Origin: a virus
DNA: 64,000 nt
IMG/VR virus record: IMGVR_UViG_3300049846_001717
Location: 34,056 to 98,055 of that record
Reading direction: 5' to 3' (one strand)
Each line of letters opens with the position of its first letter. The first letter of the stretch is position 1. The position numbers were made by a program, and so were the translations under genes. Below the pieces are notes generated by a model. It made no database searches and was not told the origin of the DNA. It was given only the letters and a program-made list of their open reading frames with translations. Positions 8,184-18,198 of the stretch are shown piece by piece.

Positions 8184-8263
8184 TGGTGTGGGAGGGATTC
8201 GAACCCACAGGCCGAAGCGCCGGTTTTACAGACCGGTGTTAATTCCAACATAACTTCCACACC
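8184..8263 (-). tRNA. tRNA-Tyr(GTA)
   Basis: CCGGT-CTGTAAA-ACCGG; variable arm. Confidence 0.9.
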
Positions 8264-8692
8264 ATAGATATGTGAGTGCAGTCTCGTTCACCAGTTCCCT
8301 GCACTTTCGTTTCACACGTTACGTCACTACAAAGAGTGATGGATTTTGTTTTCTCACGTTCTCAGAGGAGTATCAGTCCTCTGAGTGCTAAGACATATGA
8401 CACAACCTACTCTCTAGAATTCCTTTGTGCCACTTCCGGTTCCATCAACCGGTCGTCTTGTGTGTTGAATTACGTGGTGATGATCCCTCGTTACGAATCG
8501 CACGTAACATTGCAATTTAGATGAGTCGCCACCGTCAATCAACTAGTATGTACGCTGAAAGTGGCCAGCATTTATTTGGTCTGCACATTTAAGACTCTCG
8601 CCCAAACTACTTCCCGGCCTTTGCCGCCTTACGGGTATCTCCGGTTTTCGCCTCATCACCTAGTCATTGCCCAGGTATACTACGTAATTCAA

Positions 8693-8766
8693 GGGTGATA
8701 TACCGGTATCGATCCGGTACTCGCGGAGTCACAGTCCACTGTGCAGGCCACTACACTAATATCACC
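8693..8766 (-). tRNA. tRNA-His(GTG)
   Basis: GTGGA-CTGTGAC-TCCGC; G-1:C73. Confidence 0.9.
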
Positions 8767-8877
8767 ATAGGTGCAACCCCTAGGCCATCAGTTATTCACC
8801 GGCTGGGATGACTCCGCGCAGTGCCGGTCCAGATGCTCTCGTTGTCAGGGTTGCTGGAGAGCCCACGCTATGCTACA

Positions 8878-8951
8878 TGCTTCGGCTGAGATTCGAACTC
8901 AGAAGACTTCCGATTAAGAGTCGGATGCTTTACCTGATAAGCTTACGAAGC
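8878..8951 (-). tRNA. tRNA-Lys(CTT)
   Basis: TCCGA-CTCTTAA-TCGGA. Confidence 0.92.
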
Positions 8952-8990
8952 GTAGGAAGGTTGTTTACGGTCTAACCTACAAAGACCACA

Positions 8991-9064
8991 TGCCTCGGGT
9001 GGGACTCGAACCCACAACTTACCGCTTAAAAGGCGGCTACTCTGCGCTATTGAGTTACCAAGGC
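8991..9064 (-). tRNA. tRNA-Lys(TTT)
   Basis: GCCGC-CTTTTAA-GCGGT. Confidence 0.93.
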
Positions 9065-9068
9065 GTTA

Positions 9069-9140
9069 TGCTTCCGGCCGATCCTGACACGGCAACGTGC
9101 TGTTTAAAAGACAGCTGTGATTCCTTTTCACCACGGAAGC
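9069..9140 (-). tRNA. tRNA-Lys(TTT), atypical T-arm
   Basis: GCTGT-CTTTTAA-ACAGC; T-loop GTCAGGA. Confidence 0.75.
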
Positions 9141-9346
9141 GCTGGTGCCTCAATGTCGCGGTCACGTTGAGGCGCCGTGAGTGTGCAATATTGCATTTCT
9201 GGGACCGCTCACACACGGTCGTGCAATACTGTCCGCTGCTTCTTCGATTAACCAGTTTTGATGCCCGAAATAAATCCGACGTTCGTTATAGGAACGTTCG
9301 GGAAGCAGACTATCGACCTGAACAGAAGTCGGCTCGTACTGCCTAA

Positions 9347-9418
9347 TGCCCACGGAAAGATTCGAACTTTCTCGGAGAGTTTCGTAGACTCTAATGCTAT
9401 CCGTTACATCACGAGGGC
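9347..9418 (-). tRNA. tRNA-Arg(ACG)
   Basis: AGAGT-CTACGAA-ACTCT. Confidence 0.92.
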
Positions 9419-9500
9419 GTTGACGGTGTTTAGTGTGGTTCGCCGTCACCACTCAATATACAACATCTGTCTTCAGTTGTCAAGTAGCAAACTTCAAAAG

Positions 9501-9586
9501 CGGAAACGATAGGAATTGAACCTACAAGTGCTTATTAGGCACCGACTGTTTTCGAGACAGCTTATCGCACCAATGATCGCGTTTCC
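9501..9586 (-). tRNA. tRNA-Ser(CGA)
   Basis: GCTGT-CTCGAAA-ACAGT; long variable arm; G73. Confidence 0.9.
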
Positions 9587-9700
9587 AGATTGCAGCAACA
9601 AGCACCAACTTTGTATGCATCCGGTGTGCATACCCTTTAATTCGGCTCCCGTCAGGGGTTGGTTAAAGCTCGACGCCCTCCCCATTCTTGTTACTACAAA

Positions 9701-9787
9701 CGGAAAGTAAGGGATTCGAACCCTTTCCCCGAATTAACGGGGCTGGTTTAGCAAACCAGTGTAGCGCACCGACTCTACCGACTTTCC
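9701..9787 (-). tRNA. tRNA-Ser(GCT)
   Basis: CTGGT-TTGCTAA-ACCAG; long variable arm; G73. Confidence 0.9.
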
Positions 9788-9839
9788 TTCGCCCGAAGAG
9801 GGACTTTCACCCTCTCTTTCCGTTCGGGCAGGACGGAAG

Positions 9840-10004
9840 TTACTTTGTAGCTACCCGTTCTGCGTGCTGACACGCTTTACGATATGCCTCTACGGCTCGT
9901 TTGATTCGTTTTACATCTTCCGGCTTTGCAAACTCGTCGATCATCGTATAGATTTTCTTACGCGCCACAACTGCCTTATGTACTGCCTGCTCTCCGGCGG
10001 TCAT
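9840..10004 (-). CDS. 54-aa hypothetical helical protein (below ORF-track cutoff)
   Basis: GAGG SD; MTAGEQAVHKAVVARKKIYTMIDEFAKPEDVKRIKRAVEAYRKACQHAERVATK. Confidence 0.65.
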   Translation of the reverse strand: MTAGEQAVHKAVVARKKIYTMIDEFAKPEDVKRIKRAVEAYRKACQHAERVATK

Positions 10005-10019
10005 ACAACCTCATTAAGT

Positions 10020-10102
10020 TGGAGTCCAGAACGAGTTGCGGTCATGAGCCTTCTCGTATCTCCGCTCGATGGAGCGGTATTCTTCATTTAAACTATCCGG
10101 AC
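10020..10102 (-). ncRNA. aberrant tRNA-like element (expanded T-loop, shortened anticodon loop, CCA end)
   Basis: acceptor GTCCGGA/TCTGGAC-TCCA; CCGCTC/GAGCGG; ACGAG-17nt-CTCGT. Confidence 0.5.
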
Positions 10103-10103
10103 A

Positions 10104-10175
10104 TACCCTCGGAGGGAATTGAACCCCCTATACTTGGTTCGAAGCCAAGCGTGATATCCGGTCCACTGCGAGGGC
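10104..10175 (-). tRNA. tRNA-Arg(TCG)
   Basis: CTTGG-CTTCGAA-CCAAG. Confidence 0.9.
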
Positions 10176-10213
10176 GTAGTTTGTTACACTTTGATCAAAA
10201 CGTTCACCTACAA

Positions 10214-10288
10214 CATGTCCGACAGGATTCGAACCTGCAACAACTCGTTTTGGAGGCGAGCACCATTAGCCAGTTTGGTTCCGGACAT
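10214..10288 (-). tRNA. tRNA-Trp(CCA)
   Basis: CTCGC-CTCCAAA-ACGAG; GGTTCGAATCC. Confidence 0.85.
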
Positions 10289-10524
10289 ATACTACGATGG
10301 GAGGCGGGCTGGGCACGGGCCGTCAATCGATGCGTCCATCGACGGTGAGCATTCGCGAAAATACTCACTTCCCGATATTAGTTTGTAACGTACAACACCG
10401 TCCCGACACTCCACTAACTTTGAGACGCGTCCACACTCGGACCACAAGGCATAGCTGGGGTCGCATCGCCTTGACGGGGAGTAGGCACCCCGTTCTCGTC
10501 TCCACTGCGGATCTTACGATCCAG

Positions 10525-10600
10525 AGCCGCTAACCGGATTCGAACCGGTACTTCTACATTGGCAATGTAGCGTGCTCAATCCGTTGAACACTATAACGAC
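10525..10600 (-). tRNA. tRNA-Gly(GCC)
   Basis: CTACA-TTGCCAA-TGTAG. Confidence 0.9.
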
Positions 10601-10607
10601 TTACTTA

Positions 10608-10679
10608 CGGTGTATGCGGGTATCGATCCCGCTTCCTTCCCGTGACAGGGGAAGATCCTAGCCAGTAGACGAATACACC
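10608..10679 (-). tRNA. tRNA-Asp(GTC)
   Basis: TTCCC-CTGTCAC-GGGAA; G73. Confidence 0.92.
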
Positions 10680-10687
10680 AACGTATC

Positions 10688-10738
10688 AAAAAACAAGAAA
10701 CCCCATTCACGGTTTTCAAGGCCGGTGAAGGGGGTTTC
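10688..10738 (-). terminator. intrinsic terminator between leader ORF and tRNA array
   Basis: GAAACCCC-C-TTCAC...GTGAA-T-GGGGTTTC followed by TTGTTTTTT. Confidence 0.85.
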
Positions 10739-10762
10739 GGGAAAACTTCGGGCGGTTACTGC

Positions 10763-10885
10763 TTAGTTTGCGCCGCCACCCATCCCATCCCCTTCGATTG
10801 TATCTTCAATACTGCGCGTACCGAAGGCTTGCTTCGATGCGGGCATTGTATTGACTTTATACTGCCAAGTGGTATGGGTAAACAT
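10763..10885 (-). CDS. putative 40-aa attenuator leader peptide
   Basis: MFTHTTWQYKVNTMPASKQAFGTRSIEDTIEGDGMGGGAN; AGGA SD; stop about 25 nt before terminator. Confidence 0.65.
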   Translation of the reverse strand: MFTHTTWQYKVNTMPASKQAFGTRSIEDTIEGDGMGGGAN

Positions 10886-10966
10886 AGGGAAATCCTAGGA
10901 GTTGGGTGATTCTGGACTATACATAGTGAGCACGTTCAGAAAACGGTCACTTTCTTCATATGGTGA

Positions 10967-10995
10967 AGTCTAACACATCGGCCGCCGTTTGGCAA
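10967..10995 (-). promoter_or_regulatory. sigma70-type promoter for leader/tRNA array
   Basis: TTGCCA-17nt-TAGACT. Confidence 0.6.
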
Positions 10996-11012
10996 GCGTC
11001 AGTTTTAACTAG

Positions 11013-11085
11013 TTGGCCCGGAGGGATTTGAACCCCCGCACTTTCCATTATGAGTGGACCGCTCTGACCGCTGAGCTACGGGCCA
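11013..11085 (-). tRNA. tRNA-Met/Ile2(CAT)
   Basis: TCCA-CTCATAA-TGGA; canonical D and T arms. Confidence 0.9.
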
Positions 11086-11088
11086 ATA

Positions 11089-11451
11089 TCACCCGATTGG
11101 AATATTCGGGGATTTGGATTTGAGTACGTCAATGACACGATCAAAGCCCCATCGACCGAACATGATGCCACAACATAGGAACAACAACCAGAACATCGGC
11201 CAGGTCCAGACCTCATCCATATTACGAACAGACCGAACGATGCCGGTAAACAACACCGTACATGAAATGCCAAATGCCATCATTTTCGTCGCACTGGGCC
11301 GCCCATCAGTTCCGAGCAGGTCCGCGAGGGCCAAGATTTGACGCCATCGGGCGTAGATCCATCGAAACACCGGACCGCCACGACTATATGGTCGTTGTAC
11401 GGAAGGTACTTCAATGGTCTGTTGTCCAACTGGTCGATAGGTCACGTTCAA
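11089..11451 (-). CDS. small two-TM membrane protein (holin-like possible)
   Basis: two hydrophobic segments. Confidence 0.6.
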   Translation of the reverse strand: MNVTYRPVGQQTIEVPSVQRPYSRGGPVFRWIYARWRQILALADLLGTDGRPSATKMMAFGISCTVLFTGIVRSVRNMDEVWTWPMFWLLFLCCGIMFGRWGFDRVIDVLKSKSPNIPIG

Positions 11452-11489
11452 CTCCCGTGTGGGGAATGTAACCGACTATGACCGTTTTA

Positions 11490-11580
11490 TACTCCCGGTG
11501 GGACTCGAACCCACATATTGCGTATCTCAGACGCTGACCGTATCATAAGTACGGGGGCTTAACCATTAACCGACAGGAGC
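11490..11580 (-). tRNA. tRNA-Ile(TAT) with long variable arm
   Basis: CCGTA-CTTATGA-TACGG; variable hairpin GCGT-CTGAGAT-ACGC. Confidence 0.82.
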
Positions 11581-11652
11581 GTACATCCATAAGTATACCC
11601 TATGGATGATTATTTGGCAAGCGTGGATTTTCTAGCCATGTCCAGCTTGTCA

Positions 11653-13275
<1,623 letters not shown>

Positions 13276-13322
13276 TTAGAAACCTTTGAGGGAAGTAATA
13301 CTGAAATCTATATTACCAGTTG

Positions 13323-13688
13323 TTATCTGGCAAGAGCAGTGATGTATTCGAACTGTGCTTTGTTTTCGATAATCACCGTTCGCTGCTTTACATCGAACTT
13401 CATCGGAAACAATTCACCTGACGGCACAACGATGGTAGTTCGGGCTTTCGTTGGTCGAGATACCTTGTTATTTCGTCGATATTTGTAGTAACTACTCTTC
13501 ATCGTTGCAATTCGCTTCGTCTTGTTGTCTTCCGAAACGTTATAGAGACCTGACTTGACTGGATTGTTGAGAATGCCGGTGACGAATTTATCGACTACGT
13601 CTTCGACTGATTGATTATCAGCCCGCGCATCCACCAACTTGTAAATCACATCCATATCTTCGTGAGCAACTCTTGGCTTCTTTTTCAT
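13323..13688 (-). CDS. hypothetical protein
   Basis: ORF in co-oriented run; not GroES. Confidence 0.65.
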   Translation of the reverse strand: MKKKPRVAHEDMDVIYKLVDARADNQSVEDVVDKFVTGILNNPVKSGLYNVSEDNKTKRIATMKSSYYKYRRNNKVSRPTKARTTIVVPSGELFPMKFDVKQRTVIIENKAQFEYITALAR

Positions 13689-13701
13689 TGAAATGATTGG
13701 A

Positions 13702-14037
13702 TTAAGGGAATTCTAGCAGATAGTGACGCAGTCGATGGCACGTTGCACATCGTAGTTCACACTTGTCGAGTTCTTTCTTGAGTTCTTCCCATCGGAAGAT
13801 GTACTTACCACTGATCTTGAATTCTTTTACCGTGGGATCCATATGGTCAAAATCGTAACAGACCGGATGGAAGGTTTTCTTGCAGTCCACGCAGATGCCG
13901 CCGAGATAAGCAACGGCTTTGATTTTGACCTCGGCGGACCTTGTAGCTTTGATACAGGTCGAACATTTGACACGAGTGTCGTGGTACTTGGGCTTAGGAA
14001 TGTATTCCTTGCCACAATCACATCGATATAGTTTCAT
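13702..14037 (-). CDS. HNH endonuclease
   Basis: YLGGICVDC...YDFDH...ELDKCELRCATCHRLRH. Confidence 0.85.
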   Translation of the reverse strand: MKLYRCDCGKEYIPKPKYHDTRVKCSTCIKATRSAEVKIKAVAYLGGICVDCKKTFHPVCYDFDHMDPTVKEFKISGKYIFRWEELKKELDKCELRCATCHRLRHYLLEFP

Positions 14038-14081
14038 GCGACTCCATATAGAGAATCCAACCTCTATACGTATCGCCGAAA

Positions 14082-14335
14082 TTACGCGGAAATGACCATT
14101 GTTTGATCACCACAAGTCAAATTGATTGACTGAGTGATTTCCTTGGCAACTTCGTGGAGCGTGGCGAAATCCGTCATGTCAAGATCGCCATACCAGAAAT
14201 CACCTGACTCGGTAGTTGAGAGCACCGAATTCGGGTAAACCGTCTCGGTGAGTGGATGAATGATGCGTCCCTGGGTCAGCCCCTTGGACTTCATGGAACG
14301 GCTGGCCTGGTCCTGCACGTGTTCGTCGTACAATT
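14082..14335 (-). CDS. hypothetical protein
   Basis: ORF adjacent to upstream gene; start uncertain. Confidence 0.5.
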
Positions 14336-14664
14336 TACACCTCGTTAATGAATGTTGCGTAGTGAGTGATGCAGAGCGGCGGTTTGCCGTCATGTTCTTT
14401 GCGTCGGATGCCGAATTTTCCACAGACCATACAGGTACGAGCGGTTTCTTGAAGAATCGATTTAGCAAACCGTTTGAAGATTTCTGAATGGGGTGATGTA
14501 CCATCATCTTCCAGATACAACACCCCGTCCTTGATTTCCACCCGCGTCAATCGTACTTGTAACGTCTGTACTGCATCACGAATGACGTCAACGGTATGGG
14601 CCCATCCCGGTGGCAACGTACCGAGTGTGTGATGGGTTTGAAGATAGCTCTTGATAGTAGACAT
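14335..14664 (-). CDS. hypothetical phage protein with C-terminal CxxC
   Basis: TCMVCGKFG...LCITH. Confidence 0.7.
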   Translation of the reverse strand: MSTIKSYLQTHHTLGTLPPGWAHTVDVIRDAVQTLQVRLTRVEIKDGVLYLEDDGTSPHSEIFKRFAKSILQETARTCMVCGKFGIRRKEHDGKPPLCITHYATFINEV

Positions 14665-15494
14665 TACGCCAACGTCTTGAATCGAGTTTTGATCTCACGA
14701 ACCGTGTCAGCGAAATTCGGCTGTTTGTCCGGTTCGGGATGCCAACAAATGTTACGTTCGATCAGATTGTATTCTTCCACGATTCGAGCACCGGGAATCG
14801 ATGATCCATCGGGATTGTGATCTCGACCCAACAACCAGATATGATCGGCAACTGACACGGCGGCCGTAACGTCGTGGGTGACCACAACAATCGTGTTGAA
14901 ATCCGCAACGTTACCTAGTGCATGGATCATATCCATAACCTGTCGTTGAACAATCAAGTCCAGTCCAGAAAACGGTTCGTCCATGGACAAGAAATGTTCG
15001 GAACACATCATCTGCTGGGCGATGGACACTCGTTGGCGCTGACCACCCGACAACTGTGCCGGATATACGTCTCGCTTATCGGTCAGTCCAAATCGTTCAA
15101 GGAACGATTGAATTTTGTCTCGAAGCGCCGCGCCCTTCAATCCTGCTTGTGCACCAGCAATAGCAAGATTGTCATAGACTGTACGCCAATCGAACAACAG
15201 ATAATTCTGTGGCACCTTGCCAACGAGGCCTGCTCGTACCGGCACGCCGTCCGGTCCCAACAAGACTTCACCCGATGTGGGCGCCCGAAGACCCGTGAGT
15301 ACCTGTAATAGCTGGGTTTTGCCGATGCCACTGGGTCCGAGCAATCCAATGATCTGTCCTTGTGCCATGTCCGGCCGTTTGATATCCCGAACGGTTAGAT
15401 TGACATCACGAAGGATCGGATTACCACCCAACGTCAAATTGACATTGCGGACTTGGAGAATGGTGGCGTCATATTTGTATGCAAAGTCACTCAT
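14664..15494 (-). CDS. ABC transporter ATP-binding protein (NitT/TauT-like)
   Basis: GPSGIGKT; LSGGQRQRV; MDEPFSGLD; VTHD. Confidence 0.95.
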   Translation of the reverse strand: MSDFAYKYDATILQVRNVNLTLGGNPILRDVNLTVRDIKRPDMAQGQIIGLLGPSGIGKTQLLQVLTGLRAPTSGEVLLGPDGVPVRAGLVGKVPQNYLLFDWRTVYDNLAIAGAQAGLKGAALRDKIQSFLERFGLTDKRDVYPAQLSGGQRQRVSIAQQMMCSEHFLSMDEPFSGLDLIVQRQVMDMIHALGNVADFNTIVVVTHDVTAAVSVADHIWLLGRDHNPDGSSIPGARIVEEYNLIERNICWHPEPDKQPNFADTVREIKTRFKTLA

Positions 15495-15495
15495 A

Positions 15496-16287
15496 TTACT
15501 TACGTCCTGCTGTAGTTAGTGACGCGTGTGGACAGAGTTGCCGTTTGAGATAGACGAAGAATCCATCCTGCAACAAGCCGAACAATAGAAACATGAGTTG
15601 AATGGCGAAGATGATTTCGAGATTCAAATGTCGTTCTTGATTTGCAAGAACCACACCTACACCACCCTCGTATCGAACCAATACCTCAACACTGGTCAAC
15701 ATCATCCAGACCATTGCGGCATTGCCTCGAATCAAGTCAAGCATTTTGTCCAGTGTGCCTAGTACGAGAACTTCCCACACAATATGCCACTCCGACATGC
15801 GAAGGGTTCGGGCGTGTTCGAATCGTTCAGTCGGCACATTTTGAAGTACATCATCCACCGACGGCAACAGGAATACGACACCGAAGAAGGTCAGAAGGAA
15901 GATTTTCAACTCATGTCCGTCGGCCGCGAGGAAATTAAAGAGCAATCCAAGGCCTGCCATTGCGAGAAATCGACCCAGCGAAATGGCTTTGACAATCGGA
16001 CGAAACACTGGCAGTGCCGTAAGATACCCGAGCGCCAGTGAAATACCAACGACAAGGCCCACCGCTTCGAAATTTGTCCATAGACTACTGAGCATGGACG
16101 CGGCGAAGCTCGTGTTATCCAGTTCAAGACTCCATAACTGAGTCCATGTAACGAGAATGGCCCACGGAGACGGAAAAATCGCCGGGAGCAACGTCCAGGC
16201 CAGCAGAAATGCGGCCAGCTCGACCATGGCGATCTTAGTGAATGTTACTTTGTTGATGCTTTGATTTGGAACAAACCATCCACGCAT
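15496..16287 (-). CDS. ABC transporter permease (NitT/TauT-like)
   Basis: multiple TMs; EAA-like loop ERFEHARTLRMS; GGVG motif. Confidence 0.88.
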   Translation of the reverse strand: MRGWFVPNQSINKVTFTKIAMVELAAFLLAWTLLPAIFPSPWAILVTWTQLWSLELDNTSFAASMLSSLWTNFEAVGLVVGISLALGYLTALPVFRPIVKAISLGRFLAMAGLGLLFNFLAADGHELKIFLLTFFGVVFLLPSVDDVLQNVPTERFEHARTLRMSEWHIVWEVLVLGTLDKMLDLIRGNAAMVWMMLTSVEVLVRYEGGVGVVLANQERHLNLEIIFAIQLMFLLFGLLQDGFFVYLKRQLCPHASLTTAGRK

Positions 16288-16350
16288 TATGAAACTCGGA
16301 ATGAGGCGGTGTAGTGGGGCCGTGGAATACGACCCCACTCACCAACCAGT

Positions 16351-18168
16351 TTACTTGCCTTCGCCGATGACGATTTCGACACGGCGATTGAGAGCACGAC
16401 CCTCGCTGGTGTTGTTGTCAGCACGCGGCGCACGTGATCCCATACCAAGAGCACGGAGTCGGCCCGGCGGGAAGTCCGACGGCGACTTCTGTTCCAACCA
16501 CTCCTGTACCGCATTGGCACGAAGCTGTGACAACGCCTCGTTCGTCGCATCACTGCCCACATTATCCGTGTGTCCGTTGATCTGGACATAGGAACCACGT
16601 GCGATAACCAAATGATTGTACAGTTCATTCAATACACGGATCGACTGCGGCGTGAATTCTGCCGATCCGGTTCGGAACGTGATGGTATACGAACCACGAG
16701 CGAACACATTGGTCATCTGTGCGGCGCCTGAGTACGTAACCTGTTCGGCCGAGGCGGTAACCGTCGGCGTCATGGCACGCGCCGCATTCACCGCGCCGAG
16801 ATAGACCACCGATTCCAACGGTGGATAACTCGGATACAAATTCGGATACTGCTGAACTACGATATCACCGAACGTAATGTAGGTCGCGGCGAACGAACCA
16901 TTACGAAGACCCGTCTCCAGGCCGAAGGCATCGATGTTGTCCGCGAGATTGGCAACACGACTTCCGCCGAGTTCCACCATCAATCCCTGTACGTCCTTCT
17001 CTACGACGCCCTTGAAATACTTCTCCCAATACTTGTAATCATTTTCGGCGTAAAGGGCGGCCGACGCCTTCATTGCGGCCGTGAGAGCGGACGGATAGGC
17101 ATTGATCTGATCCGCGGCTTCCCACGTTGCGGCCAACATTTCGGCCACCGCCTGAGTATTCTCCACCGCCACCTTACGGATCATAATGACCGTAGTCGGC
17201 ATCTGCAACGTCCACTGACGGGTAGACGCGATATTCACCAGTCCACCCTTTTGACGGGCCACATTCACATCGCCCGGCGTCCACGTTACCGTGCCGTCAA
17301 CACAAACACGCTTCCGTTCACCGGTACGCTTACCTTCCCGTACCACAGGACGTTCTTCGCAGTAGCCAGCAATGTACTTGGCCGGCGCATCAAGGAAGTC
17401 CTTCGCGTTGACCCAGTTCACAGCGTCCGGATCATAGGTGGTCATGTCCGGGTTGTTTCGAAGGTCATTTGCCTGACTATATCGCATTGCGATATTCCAG
17501 TCACCATCGGGTACATAACCCGAAATCAATGCACCACGCATCGACTGTGGATTATCACGCCAAATCTGCGGTCCCATCAACTTGTCTTCACCGTGTGAGT
17601 AGCCGATGATACCAACAACATTGGCTACGTATTCCGGTCCAATCTTCTCCAACTGTGGATTGATGCCAGCAAGAAAAGCGCCGGCACCGTCACCCATGAT
17701 GGTGACAAACGCCACACCATCCGACTGCGCGGCCCGACCTGCTTCGAGATCGGTCGCGTACTTCAATAGATCCTGCTGCATCTTCGCGACGTCATCCTGT
17801 CGGCGGAGAGACACGTTGACTCCTCGACGTTCGGCGATACTACCCTTCATCGGCACCGCGCCACCAAGGGCACCGATGAGTGCAGCGTTGCCGTTCCACG
17901 CCCAGATTTCACCAGGAATACGAGGCGTGGATAGAGCCGCCGGCACCGAGCTTGGGAGCGGGAGCTGTGCGACCTGTGGTCGGACTCGACGAGTCGTGCC
18001 TGAATCGGTCAACGCCTCGGCCGCGATACGGTTCGGCACCAGCGATGCCATGGTCTGTCCAAGGTATCCGCGTTCCGCGCCGAACTTGATACCGGCGCCG
18101 ATGAGGGCGAGGACGGCGATGAGCCCAAGATTCTTGAGCAACTTGTGAGCCTTCGGAGTTAATGCCAT
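16351..18168 (-). CDS. substrate-binding (NMT1/TauA-like) domain fused to C-terminal OmpA-like peptidoglycan-binding domain
   Basis: N-terminal anchor; INGHTDNVG...NEALSQLRANAV...GRALNRRVEI. Confidence 0.88.
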   Translation of the reverse strand: MALTPKAHKLLKNLGLIAVLALIGAGIKFGAERGYLGQTMASLVPNRIAAEALTDSGTTRRVRPQVAQLPLPSSVPAALSTPRIPGEIWAWNGNAALIGALGGAVPMKGSIAERRGVNVSLRRQDDVAKMQQDLLKYATDLEAGRAAQSDGVAFVTIMGDGAGAFLAGINPQLEKIGPEYVANVVGIIGYSHGEDKLMGPQIWRDNPQSMRGALISGYVPDGDWNIAMRYSQANDLRNNPDMTTYDPDAVNWVNAKDFLDAPAKYIAGYCEERPVVREGKRTGERKRVCVDGTVTWTPGDVNVARQKGGLVNIASTRQWTLQMPTTVIMIRKVAVENTQAVAEMLAATWEAADQINAYPSALTAAMKASAALYAENDYKYWEKYFKGVVEKDVQGLMVELGGSRVANLADNIDAFGLETGLRNGSFAATYITFGDIVVQQYPNLYPSYPPLESVVYLGAVNAARAMTPTVTASAEQVTYSGAAQMTNVFARGSYTITFRTGSAEFTPQSIRVLNELYNHLVIARGSYVQINGHTDNVGSDATNEALSQLRANAVQEWLEQKSPSDFPPGRLRALGMGSRAPRADNNTSEGRALNRRVEIVIGEGK

Positions 18169-18198
18169 TTGAAACTGTTCTCCTATTGGAGTGAAAGA

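Noticed and set aside
3651-10533. Short ORF-track calls overlapping tRNA genes (for example 3651-3878, 6287-6541, 8990-9346, 9926-10348)
   Set aside because: Explained by the tRNA genes; no SD or protein-like composition
13323-13688. GroES next to groEL
   Set aside because: No PLxDRV or mobile-loop motifs
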